A stretch of DNA of 63,354 nt, filler included, from Octopus bimaculoides (taxonomy: Eukaryota): the NCBI RefSeq assembly GCF_001194135.2. It is 7 parts of 6 records of this genome, joined end to end, with 100 filler letters (N's around TTAATTAATTAA, not from the genome) between each part and the next. Parts side by side here need not be neighbours in the genome. Positions count along the whole stretch, not along the records: positions 61,318 to 63,354 come from NC_068984.1; 6 more parts are not named here. One strand, written 5' to 3'. Below are positions 63,334 through 63,354 of the stretch, piece after piece. The notes beneath the pieces were generated by a model that saw nothing but the letters and a program-made list of their open reading frames with translations, was not told the DNA's origin and ran no database searches. Positions within the stretch are counted from its first letter, which is position 1. Every line of letters starts with the position of its first letter. The translations under genes and the position numbers were made by a program.

Positions 63334-63354
63334 ACTATATATATATATATATAT

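Overview
This is AT-rich, gappy eukaryotic non-coding DNA, saturated with di-, tri- and tetranucleotide microsatellites and interspersed repeats. The SINE families, RTE tails and repeat density point to an octopus genome (inference, not a database result). I found no intact host protein-coding gene, tRNA or rRNA: long ORFs in the track are microsatellite translations, N-gap read-throughs or transposon relics. Recognisable content includes: (1) many tRNA-derived SINEs of about five families, several with clean target-site duplications (TSDs); (2) two decayed R4/Dong-type non-LTR elements, both sitting in (TAA)n with the same polarity; (3) old and young RTE LINE fragments; (4) a Penelope-like GIY-YIG relic; (5) Tc1/mariner, pogo/Tigger-like and hAT MITEs; (6) two long fold-back palindromes. 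The most interesting signals are two minimal hammerhead-ribozyme folds of the Penelope type (23.7 kb and 27.4 kb) in short repeats near microsatellites and gaps, a (TTAGGG)6 tract inside a SINE A-box, a repeatedly hit SINE target site, and an NF-Y/RFX/E-box/NRF1-like motif cluster. Six 44N-TTAATTAATTAA-44N blocks are artificial assembly linkers.
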